A stretch of DNA of 64,000 bases from IMG/VR virus record IMGVR_UViG_3300045988_154277, one strand, 5' to 3'. A program made the translations under genes and the position numbers. Below the pieces are notes generated by a model. That model was not told the DNA's origin. It was given only the letters and a program-made list of their open reading frames with translations, and did not search any database. The DNA is from a virus. Below are positions 37,199 to 46,953 of this stretch, in pieces. The number at the start of each line of letters is the position of its first letter. The first letter of the stretch is position 1.

Positions 37199-38671
37199 TT
37201 ATTTCTCCTTTTGAATGGCTGTCTCCGCAACGATCACACAATCCCATACGAAGTGCCAAGGGTTACGTCCTTCTTTAATCAGAGGTGTCTTGCAGAGAAC
37301 CAACCGATAGATCCTGTTCGCACCCATCGTGTTCGGGAACTTCAAGTATCGTCCGTCGAATTCCAGTTTCTTAGGATCTACTTGAACATCGTCTGCGAAT
37401 ACAGCCAAGTTGTAAGGAGCGTCCGGATAGAGACACTCTTTCGGATGTTCTCTGTAGTAATCGACAACCACTTTCTTCAGAGCATGTGGTTCCAGATCTT
37501 CATAAAGATCCACTGTCGTGTATCGACACGGACAACACTCACACTTACAACGATCTTGACACGATGTACACGCTGTGTTATCCAGAGTGAAGACTCCGAT
37601 CAAGAACGGTTCTGCATGTTCGAAGGTGTGTCGACTGTAACTCGGTAAGGACCAATTGTCGTACCAAGGTAAACGGACAGGAAGCCGATACAAGAACTTC
37701 GAATTCTGATAAGCACCGTCAAATGACTCATACGGGTGTTTCAGATACCGAATCAAACGACCATACGCATCACTCTTCTCAACATGGACCAGTTCCTCTG
37801 GGATCAGAGTGTTGTGCAATACGATCGGATACTTCAGATAGAGCATATTCACCCTACCGAATTGAAGAGTTACATTGAAACTCAATGTGATCGCATCCGC
37901 TGAAGTACCAACTCCTTCTACCGTCGGTTCATCTGCATTGTAATCGATCGTAGCCAATACTTCATACAACTCCCTATGAACCACCATCTCGTGATGTTTC
38001 CCAGGGTTATACTCGTTGGTGATCAACCGCATCTTCCCCTGAGAACATTTGGTGATCCACTCCATCCCTTTACCCTTCTCAACACCAGACATCCGTCCAA
38101 GAACATAGAGTTCATTCAACAGAGGGATGGGAAACTTATAATCGTAAGTGAAGTTGTTCACAGTCAACAACTCACCACGTACGTAGGTACTCATCATGTT
38201 CGTCACAGCATCGAATGCGACCACTCGATCTGTGAAAGTCAACGCACACTCCATCTCTAAGAGACAAGGTTGTTCTCTCTCGATGATGTGTACATTCGTA
38301 GTGGGATCCAAGAACAGAGGTTTTGTGATCAACGCATCTCTTCTGTGGATCGCAGGATCCATGTGCTGACCAGGTGAGGTCACACTCCATTTCAATCCGA
38401 GCGGATTCGAATTGAATTTGATATTCACTGTCATCCCTGGTTCATTCAGGATGGCATGTCTTGATTGGATATCTCTCCATGATTTGGAAGGACCTGTGTA
38501 ACTGCTATTAATGTACACATGGTTCTTCATGTACTCCAGAAGTCCGAGATCCTGAAGGATCTTACGTGACATCTGATCCGCAAGAGGCTTCCAAACGTGG
38601 ATGATATTTTCAGACAACGTTGAGGAAGATATCAGCATAATACCCTCTTGATAAGTTAAACTTTTAAGCAT
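37199..38671 (-). CDS. hypothetical large protein with internal Cys-knot (CTSCQDRCKCECCPCRY)
   Basis: 490-aa ORF; Cys pattern similar to the adjacent gene. Confidence 0.65.
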   Translation of the reverse strand: MLKSLTYQEGIMLISSSTLSENIIHVWKPLADQMSRKILQDLGLLEYMKNHVYINSSYTGPSKSWRDIQSRHAILNEPGMTVNIKFNSNPLGLKWSVTSPGQHMDPAIHRRDALITKPLFLDPTTNVHIIEREQPCLLEMECALTFTDRVVAFDAVTNMMSTYVRGELLTVNNFTYDYKFPIPLLNELYVLGRMSGVEKGKGMEWITKCSQGKMRLITNEYNPGKHHEMVVHRELYEVLATIDYNADEPTVEGVGTSADAITLSFNVTLQFGRVNMLYLKYPIVLHNTLIPEELVHVEKSDAYGRLIRYLKHPYESFDGAYQNSKFLYRLPVRLPWYDNWSLPSYSRHTFEHAEPFLIGVFTLDNTACTSCQDRCKCECCPCRYTTVDLYEDLEPHALKKVVVDYYREHPKECLYPDAPYNLAVFADDVQVDPKKLEFDGRYLKFPNTMGANRIYRLVLCKTPLIKEGRNPWHFVWDCVIVAETAIQKEK

Positions 38672-38740
38672 AGCATGACCCCTGATAGGTAGGCTAGCCT
38701 ACCTATCAGGGGTATGGTGTATGCTTGTAAAGAGTACCGT

Positions 38741-39313
38741 TTACTGGGGCTTTTCGACGGTTTCCTGAGGTTCTTCTTTGGGAGCTTCAACAGCTTCCTT
38801 CTGTTCCACAGGAGCATCCGGTGTCCGTTGAGACAACATCTTGTCGACTTCATCCGGTTCCAGGATGACGTTGTACTGTTTCGGATTGATGAGCTTCCCG
38901 TCTTCTCCGGTGGAGCGATCGAAACTGTAGTACTTGTTCGGAAGAACAGCTTCGATCTGGAGTCCGTTGTACTGAGCGAATCCAAACACATCTCCGAAGG
39001 CTTTGCACTGGAGATACTTGTTCCAGTAGATAAAGTTGATGATCTTCAGATCCGAAGACGCAGTGTCTTCCTTATAGTTGATCTGGTAGACCGCTTCCAG
39101 AGGACGCTGAGAGAACAAAGTACCACCGAAGTCATCCATGACTTTACGGACACACAGTTCGAACGGGTTCTTGTCAGAACCATCCTGGATCTTCACCCAA
39201 AGGTTAACCGAGGCGATGGTTGCGGCGACGAGACGGTTGAGATGAAGGTCTTTGTCGATGAATACGGCGGGAAGAGGCTTCCCGTTCTTGACCAGTTGTA
39301 ATGCGACTGACAT
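38741..39313 (-). CDS. hypothetical protein (about 190 aa)
   Basis: start refined to MSVALQLV with TAGGAGT RBS; acidic Glu/Pro/Lys-rich C-terminus. Confidence 0.6.
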   Translation of the reverse strand: MSVALQLVKNGKPLPAVFIDKDLHLNRLVAATIASVNLWVKIQDGSDKNPFELCVRKVMDDFGGTLFSQRPLEAVYQINYKEDTASSDLKIINFIYWNKYLQCKAFGDVFGFAQYNGLQIEAVLPNKYYSFDRSTGEDGKLINPKQYNVILEPDEVDKMLSQRTPDAPVEQKEAVEAPKEEPQETVEKPQ

Positions 39314-39419
39314 AGGAACTCCTATTGTTAAGTTGATGATGCGTAAACAAAAAAGAGAACTCTTGAGCTCAAGAGTTCTCCCATACACATGGTACCAGTA
39401 CTATGTTTGTTACAGATAC

Positions 39420-39896
39420 TCAATCTTCATCCGGATCTGAAGTATCGAGTGTTCTGTTGTTGAGGTCGGTTAGCACGATATCGACCGTATTCGTTTTGGT
39501 TGGATGATTGAACTCGAACGCTAACGTTTTCAAAGGCATACCGAGTACCCTGCAGCAGAACTCCATAAGCCTCTTGAACGTGATATGTCCTCGTCTCATC
39601 ATCTTGAGCATATTGCTCCTCTGTGTGGATGCTTGTTGCGGATGCTGACCGAGAACTTTAATCGCATACATCTTGTATCTCTCTTGGAAATACGGTTCTG
39701 TGATGCGACTGTCCTGACACAACTTGACCGCAACCTGATCCAACGGATAGGTGCTGTAGAAGATCGGGTCATTCTCCGTAAAGATCAGCTCCCCTTGTTC
39801 TTTCAGAGCTTCCAACTCGTCGATCTCCTGTCTCCGTGCATACTTGTTTACAAACATGTCCCGGATCCTCGAGTTCGCTTGATCCGGCTTTTCCAT
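39420..39896 (-). CDS. hypothetical protein (158 aa)
   Basis: ORF. Confidence 0.55.
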   Translation of the reverse strand: MEKPDQANSRIRDMFVNKYARRQEIDELEALKEQGELIFTENDPIFYSTYPLDQVAVKLCQDSRITEPYFQERYKMYAIKVLGQHPQQASTQRSNMLKMMRRGHITFKRLMEFCCRVLGMPLKTLAFEFNHPTKTNTVDIVLTDLNNRTLDTSDPDED

Positions 39897-39900
39897 GTCG

Positions 39901-40662
39901 TCACCTCCTTGTTCGATGTTGACTGATATGTGTGTTGATGATCGTCTGGTGAAGGAGTAACATGCTACCCAGCATCTTGTTAGCTTGCGACTTCACCTTC
40001 GGATCTTGTTCGATCTTCTTGGTGACGACAGCCAGATAGATACTGGCTACATACCGCACACTGTCCAAGGCGTACTCCAGATACTTCTTACCTACATATC
40101 GTTCATCTTTCGCCGTTGTTGAGATGATCAACTGTAGTTTACGAAGTAGATCCAACGGATCATACAACATGATAGACATACGAGCGTAACGATCGCTGCT
40201 TAATGCAAATGATTGGATCACACTGATCAACGTTGAACTCCGGTTGGGATGAAGTGGATACCACTTCGTCTCCATCAACGCGAACAGTGGCATCATCAAC
40301 ATCAAGTTGATCCCACACTCGTGCTTCTCAATACGTAATATATACGTGAGAATCTGATAGACTAACGGGGGAGCTGGCATCTCCCCCAAGATCAGAGCGT
40401 CCACCAGTTGCCTGGTGGAACGTTCTTCCAAGAACCGCATACGAACACATCCGATCCGGAACAACTGTCCTGCCATGAACAGCTCCTCAGGAGAGGCACC
40501 ACCTCCCTTGTTGTAAGGATCTCGAACGATACAAGATACTTTCGCAAGGTACTTGAAGAATGGTTCTAACTCTACGAGAGGAGGATCATCCTTATTTGTA
40601 GTATCGATCAACCAGGCTTGGAACCTGGCGATCTCAGATGTGTCGAGATCACATCGTTTCAC
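39901..40662 (-). CDS. hypothetical protein (253 aa)
   Basis: ORF; start overlaps the stop of the topoisomerase ORF. Confidence 0.55.
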   Translation of the reverse strand: MKRCDLDTSEIARFQAWLIDTTNKDDPPLVELEPFFKYLAKVSCIVRDPYNKGGGASPEELFMAGQLFRIGCVRMRFLEERSTRQLVDALILGEMPAPPLVYQILTYILRIEKHECGINLMLMMPLFALMETKWYPLHPNRSSTLISVIQSFALSSDRYARMSIMLYDPLDLLRKLQLIISTTAKDERYVGKKYLEYALDSVRYVASIYLAVVTKKIEQDPKVKSQANKMLGSMLLLHQTIINTHISQHRTRR

Positions 40663-43600
40663 AGGACCTCCTGTTCTGGTATTTGGTTCAAGATACTCTT
40701 CACATCACCAAGAACCAACGCTTTACGAGGTGCGGTATCCACGCCCATCATGTCGTAGATACGATTCACATCCCCGATACTCGTGATCGTGGTGAATGTG
40801 CGTGTTGCAGGATCCAAACAGGTGTACTTCAACTGAGGACCACTGCATTCACCGAGACCTTTCAGACGGTGAACAGGATAGTGTTCGTCGAGTTTCTGGA
40901 GGATCCGATAGAGCTGCATGAACGTCATGGGTGCTCGTTCCATCTCCGTTGTTGTTTTGGTTGTCACCAGGAGATCGAACAACTCCCAATGAACCATCTC
41001 CAACTCAGGAAGGATGTAAGAACGGATCTCTTGAACCAAGTTCTGCATCGGAACACTGATCTCGATCCCTGCTACCGACAACAAGAGTGTCTTCGCTCCA
41101 GGATGATACGAACAATCATCCAGTTTCAGGATGTTCTTCACCATCTTGGTATCCAACTTGTACAAACTCAGATAGTCCACACAGTGAACCAACTGTTCCA
41201 GTACCATCGGATCGATCACCAACTTGTTCGCAGAACGGGTGATGATCCCACCGATCCTCTTGGTCAGGTAGATGAAATCCCGATACTGTTCTCCTTTCAG
41301 TTGACACAGATTCTTGGTCATCTGAGAGTAGAGTTCCAGATTGAAGAACTTCTCATAGATCTTGACACGGGCATCGTTCAGGGCTTTCTGGTCTCTCAAG
41401 AAGAGAGCTTTATCCCGACTTTCCATCACGTAGAGCGGAGGATTCGCCATGAACACACGTCCGCTTGCCAGGATCAAAGGATTGATCTTCAACAATGCAG
41501 TGATCACAAGGTCGTTGATGTGATAACCGTCAGGGTCAGCATCTGCCAGGATCCCGATCCTTGCGAACCGCAATCTGCTCAGATCTTGATCTCTCGGTCC
41601 AACCCCCAGGATCTTCACAAGATCTTGGTAGACTTTGTTCGCTCTAAGATCCTCCACATTAGCAGTGTGTGCATTGATCGGTTTGCCTTTCAACTTGAGT
41701 ACTGCTTGGAAGTGTTTGAACCTCTCCTGAACCACGAAGTCTCCTGCGCTGTTACCCTCAGTGATGAACAGTTCCGTGATGGTCGGATCCGTCACACGTG
41801 CAGGCACATAACAACCTTCATTGTTCATGTCGTAAGCAAGGTTCTTCGAGTTGGAACTCAAGTTCATACTCTTATTGCTGAACTGAGCGAACTTCTTCAC
41901 AAGATCATCGTGGATGATGTTGAACATCTGTTCCCACACCCCATCCTGGATCGTATCGAAGTATGCATTCAGCATCTGACCGTAGATCTTCTCGAAATCG
42001 AGATCCTTGAATCCATGCTTCGTCTGACCTTCGTATGTTGCTCCTTTGTAAAACGCTCTGATATATCCGTAGAACGGAATATTGTAGAAGCGTTCGAAGA
42101 ATGTCATGATCTCATCATCGTCCTGATCGAGATATGGAGTCAATCGTTCTCTGATCTTCTCAAAGAAGACACTGAGATGTGAAGACTCTTTATCTTTGAT
42201 CTGTGTATCATTCACAGTGGCGATATAACCATTCTGACGATCACAGTTCTTGACCAGATGAACACTGATGTCACAGGCAAGCAACTTTGGGGATGTCACC
42301 TCTTGTTTCACCTCGAGATTCCAGAGAGGTTGCTCTGTGATATTGAATTTACCACGAACGTAATCTTCAGCTGAGATCATCATAGGTGTTTCGTAGATCA
42401 ATGTACCATGCTGTTTCTGGAAGTAATTCCACATGTCTTCATATGGTTTCTTGAACCAACTGTCAGGAAGAAGTTTATCTACCTGATAGATGTGGAACTT
42501 GGTATTGGTCTTGAATGCTCCGATGTAATCCACCAACTCGAATAGACGTTGTACTCCTTCCGTTGGGAAGAATGTATGAGTGTATCTCAAGATCGTGTCA
42601 TCTGGTTGATGTACTACGATAGTACCAACGGTCTCGCGAATACTATCAATTGGCTTCATCACTTCAGACTTCACCACGTTTCCTCGGTTGAGAGTCAACC
42701 CAGCGAAACCATCCAGTCTCTTTGTGATGGCCACAAACCGTTCTGAGATGGCGTTACTTGAAACAGCACCGACACCGAACTGTCCGATACTGTATTTATA
42801 AGCAGCACTATCTGCTTTGCCAGTTGAAAACGGTATCGTGAAAACATTCCGTAACTTCTCACAAGGGATACCTCTGCCGTGATCCAGTACAGCAATCTGG
42901 TAGGTAGTATCTCCCTTGAACAATATCACGTTGATGTGATAGATCCGATTTGGGTCGATGCTCTCGTCAACCGAGTTATCGATATACTCTTTTACGCACT
43001 GTATGTTAGCGTTTAGATTCGTCTTACCCATGAGCATACCCGCATTTCTACGGGTATGCTCCATGAAGGTGAATTCTCTAATGTCACTCGATGTGTAACT
43101 GTCCGTCATTTGTGATTCCTCCATAGTCGTACATGATAGCGATTGTACGTCGTTTTTAACTCGGTCAATATCTGGTAAATTCTCTATACCAAACATAACC
43201 ATAAGCTCATCTGTGGTGTACTTGTGTGTTGCGATTTTTGCACGTAGATCTTGTAGTTCTTCCTTGGTAAGAGGAGTTCTATTGTTTCTATCTGCAGCAT
43301 CATGTGCAGCTTTTAATGTCTTTGCACTCTCTCCCTTTCGGTACGGTACTTCATCTGTAGTGATGCATCGATAAATCATAGCTTCCGATTTATGCATCTT
43401 AGCGCTTAGTGTATTATACGTCCATCCGAGTTTATACATATCTCTTATGTAATAAACCTCGTCTTTGGAAAGAACATCACGTATTTTAACAGTCTTCCTA
43501 GTGCCCCGGACGTTCCTTACAGGATCACCCGGATCTAACGGATAAGTGATCCCATCCAATGCATTCGAAATGGTGTGTCGATCTACATTAAAGTACTCTG

Positions 43601-44264
43601 CTAGTTTCCAAATCTTCCACTTCTCCTTCCCATACAGTCGACGGATCTCTTTTACTTGATCACGATTTAACTTGCTATGATTTGAATTATAGTGTTTATC
43701 ACGATAACGATCAATATCAATAGCTTTATCAGATGTTGTCCGATAGTACGTCTCATTTACAGCAGTTGATATCAACGAACCCTGTACATTGAATTCTTCT
43801 GCAAGATCTTTAATGTGTTCTCCGGACAACACACGAATTTTAAGTTCAGTAACTTGATCGTTTGTTAACTTCGCCTGTGGGTGGGCTTCACCAGACAGCA
43901 TCAGACCCATACGGACAGCGTGATGTTTGTTCTCACTAGATGATACCCATTCCAGATTGGACACATCGTTGTTTTGAGGATTTCCATCAATGTGATTTAC
44001 TTCTCTAAGATTGGCAGGATTTGGAAGAAAAGTCCATGCAACCAAGCGATGTGGGCTTGTTAGGTGACGTGACCCATCTCGTTTCACAAACACACATTTC
44101 AAACGATTATGTTTGTCTGTAAAGTATTTGAGATCCGGTATAACAAACCCTCGTTTTTTAACATACTCAGGAGAATTAGCACCTGGTTTAATACGAACAT
44201 GACCGGTTGTACTAGCTTCATAAATTCCTTCATACCCTTTTACATCTTTCCAGTATTCATTCAT
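40659..44264 (-). CDS. in-frame fusion ORF: N-terminal HNH homing endonuclease (about 385 aa, nt about 43110-44264) plus GyrB-like DNA topoisomerase II ATPase/Toprim subunit (T4 gp39/gp60-like, about 815 aa, nt 40659-43109)
   Basis: HNH part: NUMOD4-like MNEYWKDVKGYEGIYEASTTGHVR, HNH_3 motif HIDGNPQNNDVSNLEW, NUMOD1-like helix-turn-helix repeats. Topo part: SDIREFTFMEHTRRNAGMLMG (T4 gp39 SDIEHIKKRSGMYIG), IDNSVDE, GHKL motif LDHGRGIP, Toprim KGLGE. Internal GGAGGAATCACAAATG RBS before Met405; no stop codon between the two parts. Confidence 0.75.
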   Translation of the reverse strand: MNEYWKDVKGYEGIYEASTTGHVRIKPGANSPEYVKKRGFVIPDLKYFTDKHNRLKCVFVKRDGSRHLTSPHRLVAWTFLPNPANLREVNHIDGNPQNNDVSNLEWVSSSENKHHAVRMGLMLSGEAHPQAKLTNDQVTELKIRVLSGEHIKDLAEEFNVQGSLISTAVNETYYRTTSDKAIDIDRYRDKHYNSNHSKLNRDQVKEIRRLYGKEKWKIWKLAEYFNVDRHTISNALDGITYPLDPGDPVRNVRGTRKTVKIRDVLSKDEVYYIRDMYKLGWTYNTLSAKMHKSEAMIYRCITTDEVPYRKGESAKTLKAAHDAADRNNRTPLTKEELQDLRAKIATHKYTTDELMVMFGIENLPDIDRVKNDVQSLSCTTMEESQMTDSYTSSDIREFTFMEHTRRNAGMLMGKTNLNANIQCVKEYIDNSVDESIDPNRIYHINVILFKGDTTYQIAVLDHGRGIPCEKLRNVFTIPFSTGKADSAAYKYSIGQFGVGAVSSNAISERFVAITKRLDGFAGLTLNRGNVVKSEVMKPIDSIRETVGTIVVHQPDDTILRYTHTFFPTEGVQRLFELVDYIGAFKTNTKFHIYQVDKLLPDSWFKKPYEDMWNYFQKQHGTLIYETPMMISAEDYVRGKFNITEQPLWNLEVKQEVTSPKLLACDISVHLVKNCDRQNGYIATVNDTQIKDKESSHLSVFFEKIRERLTPYLDQDDDEIMTFFERFYNIPFYGYIRAFYKGATYEGQTKHGFKDLDFEKIYGQMLNAYFDTIQDGVWEQMFNIIHDDLVKKFAQFSNKSMNLSSNSKNLAYDMNNEGCYVPARVTDPTITELFITEGNSAGDFVVQERFKHFQAVLKLKGKPINAHTANVEDLRANKVYQDLVKILGVGPRDQDLSRLRFARIGILADADPDGYHINDLVITALLKINPLILASGRVFMANPPLYVMESRDKALFLRDQKALNDARVKIYEKFFNLELYSQMTKNLCQLKGEQYRDFIYLTKRIGGIITRSANKLVIDPMVLEQLVHCVDYLSLYKLDTKMVKNILKLDDCSYHPGAKTLLLSVAGIEISVPMQNLVQEIRSYILPELEMVHWELFDLLVTTKTTTEMERAPMTFMQLYRILQKLDEHYPVHRLKGLGECSGPQLKYTCLDPATRTFTTITSIGDVNRIYDMMGVDTAPRKALVLGDVKSILNQIPEQEVL

Positions 44265-44294
44265 AATAACAACTCCAGTTAATAGTGTTTTCTT

Positions 44295-44314
44295 AGAGTT
44301 ATATATACGTGAAG
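44295..44314 (-). promoter_or_regulatory. promoter-like motif (sense: CTTCACGTATATATAACTCT)
   Basis: recurrent motif about 40 nt upstream of the MNEYW start. Confidence 0.5.
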
Positions 44315-44372
44315 TTACCACGAAACAAAAAGAGAAGGTATGGTGGATTTTGTATCCACCATACCTTGTGTG

Positions 44373-45398
44373 TTAGAACGTTCTACTTCCGTATTCGATC
44401 ACATTCCATTTCTTCATAAGTTCTCTCAACGAGTACTTATTCGATGCGATATCCTCCCTTAACAGCATCAGTTCTTCTTTCGTGAATGGGACTCTATTAC
44501 GAGTCAATTGACTATTATGTTCTTCGATCAATTTGCGAACAGAATCACCATTCGAAAATGGAACCTCATCCGTAAATAACGCACGTTGCAACACACTGTA
44601 GTTACCAATATCAACCCAATGTATGATGCTTGATATACGTGCACCTCTACGATACGCATCCCGTATCTTAATAACTGTATCTTCAGACACAAGCTTAGTT
44701 AACGGGATGTGTGCGTTAGGAGATTTCAAGAATCGAATCGGTGTATCCGGTGTGATATCGTACGTTATACCACCAAGAAGATGTGACACTGTAGGAGCAT
44801 TCACATTCATTAGAGTAGATATAGCCGTTACACTATACCCGTGATCGAAGTAAAGAGATCTGATTCTACGTACATCTTCGTTTGTGAAAATGGAGCTTTG
44901 GTGATCTACTCCTGATTGTTTCACATGCAGTTTGGTACCCTCTTTACCCTCAAAACATGCACGCTGTTTCAATATGATCCCATTCACACCACTCAGACCG
45001 ATATTGAACTCTTCAGCAAGAGACTTCATCGATTCTCCTTTATGATAGCGTAAATAGATCTCGATGTCTTTAGAGCGACTGACCATTGTCATACCAGAAT
45101 CAGAAGGATCGTTAGACCAACTGAGATTGGATAACTGACAATTACTGTGATCGTAATCCTTATATCGGACATACAAACCATCACTACCAACAAAGTGACG
45201 TAGCACCAATCTCGATACGGGAGCGGTCTTCCATTCACCTTTGTCATTAACCATGTTCACAAACATGGACAAGCAGTTGTGATTCTTATGCTGCGGTAAA
45301 ATGCGATCTCCCTTTTTACGATGTCTCCTAACACGTCCGAGATTAGACACCTCGTACTTCGAGAATCCTTCTATAGACACCCAACGTTCTTCTTCCAT
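44373..45398 (-). CDS. HNH-family homing endonuclease paralog (341 aa), catalytic motif possibly degenerate
   Basis: WVSIEGFSKYEVSNLGRVRR (NUMOD4-like); helix-turn-helix repeats; C-terminus paralogous to the HNH part of the downstream fusion (..TDEVPF..G.S...L...H.......R.P.TKEEL..LR..IA..KY...EL). Confidence 0.7.
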   Translation of the reverse strand: MEEERWVSIEGFSKYEVSNLGRVRRHRKKGDRILPQHKNHNCLSMFVNMVNDKGEWKTAPVSRLVLRHFVGSDGLYVRYKDYDHSNCQLSNLSWSNDPSDSGMTMVSRSKDIEIYLRYHKGESMKSLAEEFNIGLSGVNGIILKQRACFEGKEGTKLHVKQSGVDHQSSIFTNEDVRRIRSLYFDHGYSVTAISTLMNVNAPTVSHLLGGITYDITPDTPIRFLKSPNAHIPLTKLVSEDTVIKIRDAYRRGARISSIIHWVDIGNYSVLQRALFTDEVPFSNGDSVRKLIEEHNSQLTRNRVPFTKEELMLLREDIASNKYSLRELMKKWNVIEYGSRTF

Positions 45399-45441
45399 GA
45401 TACTATCCTCCTAAGTTAAGTTCTATTCACGTATCATTACA

Positions 45442-45460
45442 GAGTAATATATACTTCAAA
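45442..45460 (-). promoter_or_regulatory. promoter-like motif (sense: TTTGAAGTATATATTACTC)
   Basis: recurrent motif about 45 nt upstream of the ATG at 45398. Confidence 0.5.
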
Positions 45461-45483
45461 TAGGCTTCATTTACAGTAAGACG

Positions 45484-45518
45484 GACCTATCTGGTTGGTT
45501 ATCCCAACCAGATAGGTC
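45484..45518. terminator. 15-bp perfect hairpin in a divergent intergenic region
   Basis: gacctatctggttgg-ttatc-ccaaccagataggtc. Confidence 0.45.
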
Positions 45519-45741
45519 ACATACAGGAGAGAGTGTGAACGACTAGGAACATCAACCCAAGAACCATTCCTAAAGCTCCCTAAACCAAAAGAAAGGATGG
45601 TGTATCGCTACACCTGTTTCTAGGTCGTTTCACATAGGATGTGCACCGTAGAGCAGAACCCCCTGAAACACAGGGATATGCTATGACAGATCCCTGCTGT
45701 AGCAAGGACAAATTACGGTGAAATCAACTAGGAGATTTAAT

Positions 45742-46197
45742 ATGGCTGAAGAAGTACAATCGTCTCCGATCGATATGTTGTTCCAGGAGTTCAATCAAGC
45801 AACCCGTGAAACGGATCAGATCCGTGATCAGATCATACAACAACTTGTGAACTCGGTGCCATCGATCAATTATGACAAAGACAGCGCACGCGACATCGAA
45901 GTGAAGATGGGTGTGATCAAAACACTTGATGATATCCTGAAGTCGAAGGAGTCATCTAAAGCGAACAAGATCACAACCTATTTGAAACGGAAGGATACTG
46001 AGAATACCGAGAACTATCAGGAAGCTGTTCTGGCAGTGCTTAGTAACTTGGATCCCGAACAGTTTCGCAAAGGTTCTGTTGCCCTTCAGAATAACGTGGA
46101 TGATCAACTTGAACATCAGTTCGAAGCGTCAGGACAATCACCGATCAAACCAGGTGAAACTGAGATCGACACTCCGATGTCAGTGGAAGAAGCATAA
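45742..46197 (+). CDS. hypothetical acidic protein (151 aa), plus strand
   Basis: TAGGAGATTTAATATG RBS; terminator follows. Confidence 0.6.
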   Translation: MAEEVQSSPIDMLFQEFNQATRETDQIRDQIIQQLVNSVPSINYDKDSARDIEVKMGVIKTLDDILKSKESSKANKITTYLKRKDTENTENYQEAVLAVLSNLDPEQFRKGSVALQNNVDDQLEHQFEASGQSPIKPGETEIDTPMSVEEA

Positions 46198-46205
46198 GTA
46201 AGTTA

Positions 46206-46240
46206 ACATCAGGATGGGATGTTACTCCCATCCTGATGTT
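46206..46240. terminator. bidirectional hairpin between convergent genes
   Basis: acatcaggatggga-tgttact-cccatcctgatgtt. Confidence 0.55.
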
Positions 46241-46251
46241 ATTTCGTATGC

Positions 46252-46938
46252 TTAGCCGCGATTCTGCAACTTGGCTTGGATCCAATTGCAGAACTTGTCG
46301 TTCTTCAGGGCAAGCCGGATCGCACGGATGCTGAGACCGAACGGTTTGCGTTCCGTCTTGTGGCGGATCATCGCGTAGAAGACAGCGAAGAATGCCGAGA
46401 TACGAGACTTCTTCTGCAGGTCGGTGATCTTGTGGATCCCGGCGAGAGCCAGGTTCCGATGGATCAGACCGTTCTTCTCCTTTAGGAAGAAATCATAGAA
46501 CCGGTTGAACACTGCATAGCTGTCCGAAGCGAGGACGTATTCAGCGATGGTGTAGAACGATTCCACGAAGCGAGCACGTGTGGACTCAGACGGGTTCTTC
46601 GTCTGGACGAGGTCCTGATACTTCTTCAGGAGAGCATCCAGTTTGGCAACCTTGGCATCCGGAGTCTTGTTGTTCACAGGAGCAACCGTCTTCTGCTGAA
46701 CGGTTGTATTCACAACCGTAGCTGGGGTTTCAGCAACAGCAGCTTTGGGAACTTCTTCCTGTTTGACGACCGTCTCTTCTTTCACCTCTTCCACAGGTTT
46801 CTGTTCTTCCTGCTTCTGGGGTTCTTCCGCAGCGACGTCTTTCTTCTCTTCCAGGACCTCTTCGGTCTTCGGTTCCTGAGCTTTGTTCAGCACATCCATT
46901 GGGCTGACTTGAGGATTGTAACGATTTTTGTTCGACAT
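46252..46938 (-). CDS. hypothetical protein with low-complexity E/K/P/V-rich N-terminus (228 aa)
   Basis: ORF. Confidence 0.6.
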   Translation of the reverse strand: MSNKNRYNPQVSPMDVLNKAQEPKTEEVLEEKKDVAAEEPQKQEEQKPVEEVKEETVVKQEEVPKAAVAETPATVVNTTVQQKTVAPVNNKTPDAKVAKLDALLKKYQDLVQTKNPSESTRARFVESFYTIAEYVLASDSYAVFNRFYDFFLKEKNGLIHRNLALAGIHKITDLQKKSRISAFFAVFYAMIRHKTERKPFGLSIRAIRLALKNDKFCNWIQAKLQNRG

Positions 46939-46953
46939 GATGTTTCCTTATGG

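Noticed and set aside
40659-44321. Intein interpretation of the HNH domain in the topoisomerase ORF; ORF-track start at 44321
   Set aside because: The HNH module is N-terminal, with no N-extein and no splicing-block motifs, so it is not an intein. The first 19 codons overlap the promoter motif; the real start is MNEYW at 44264.
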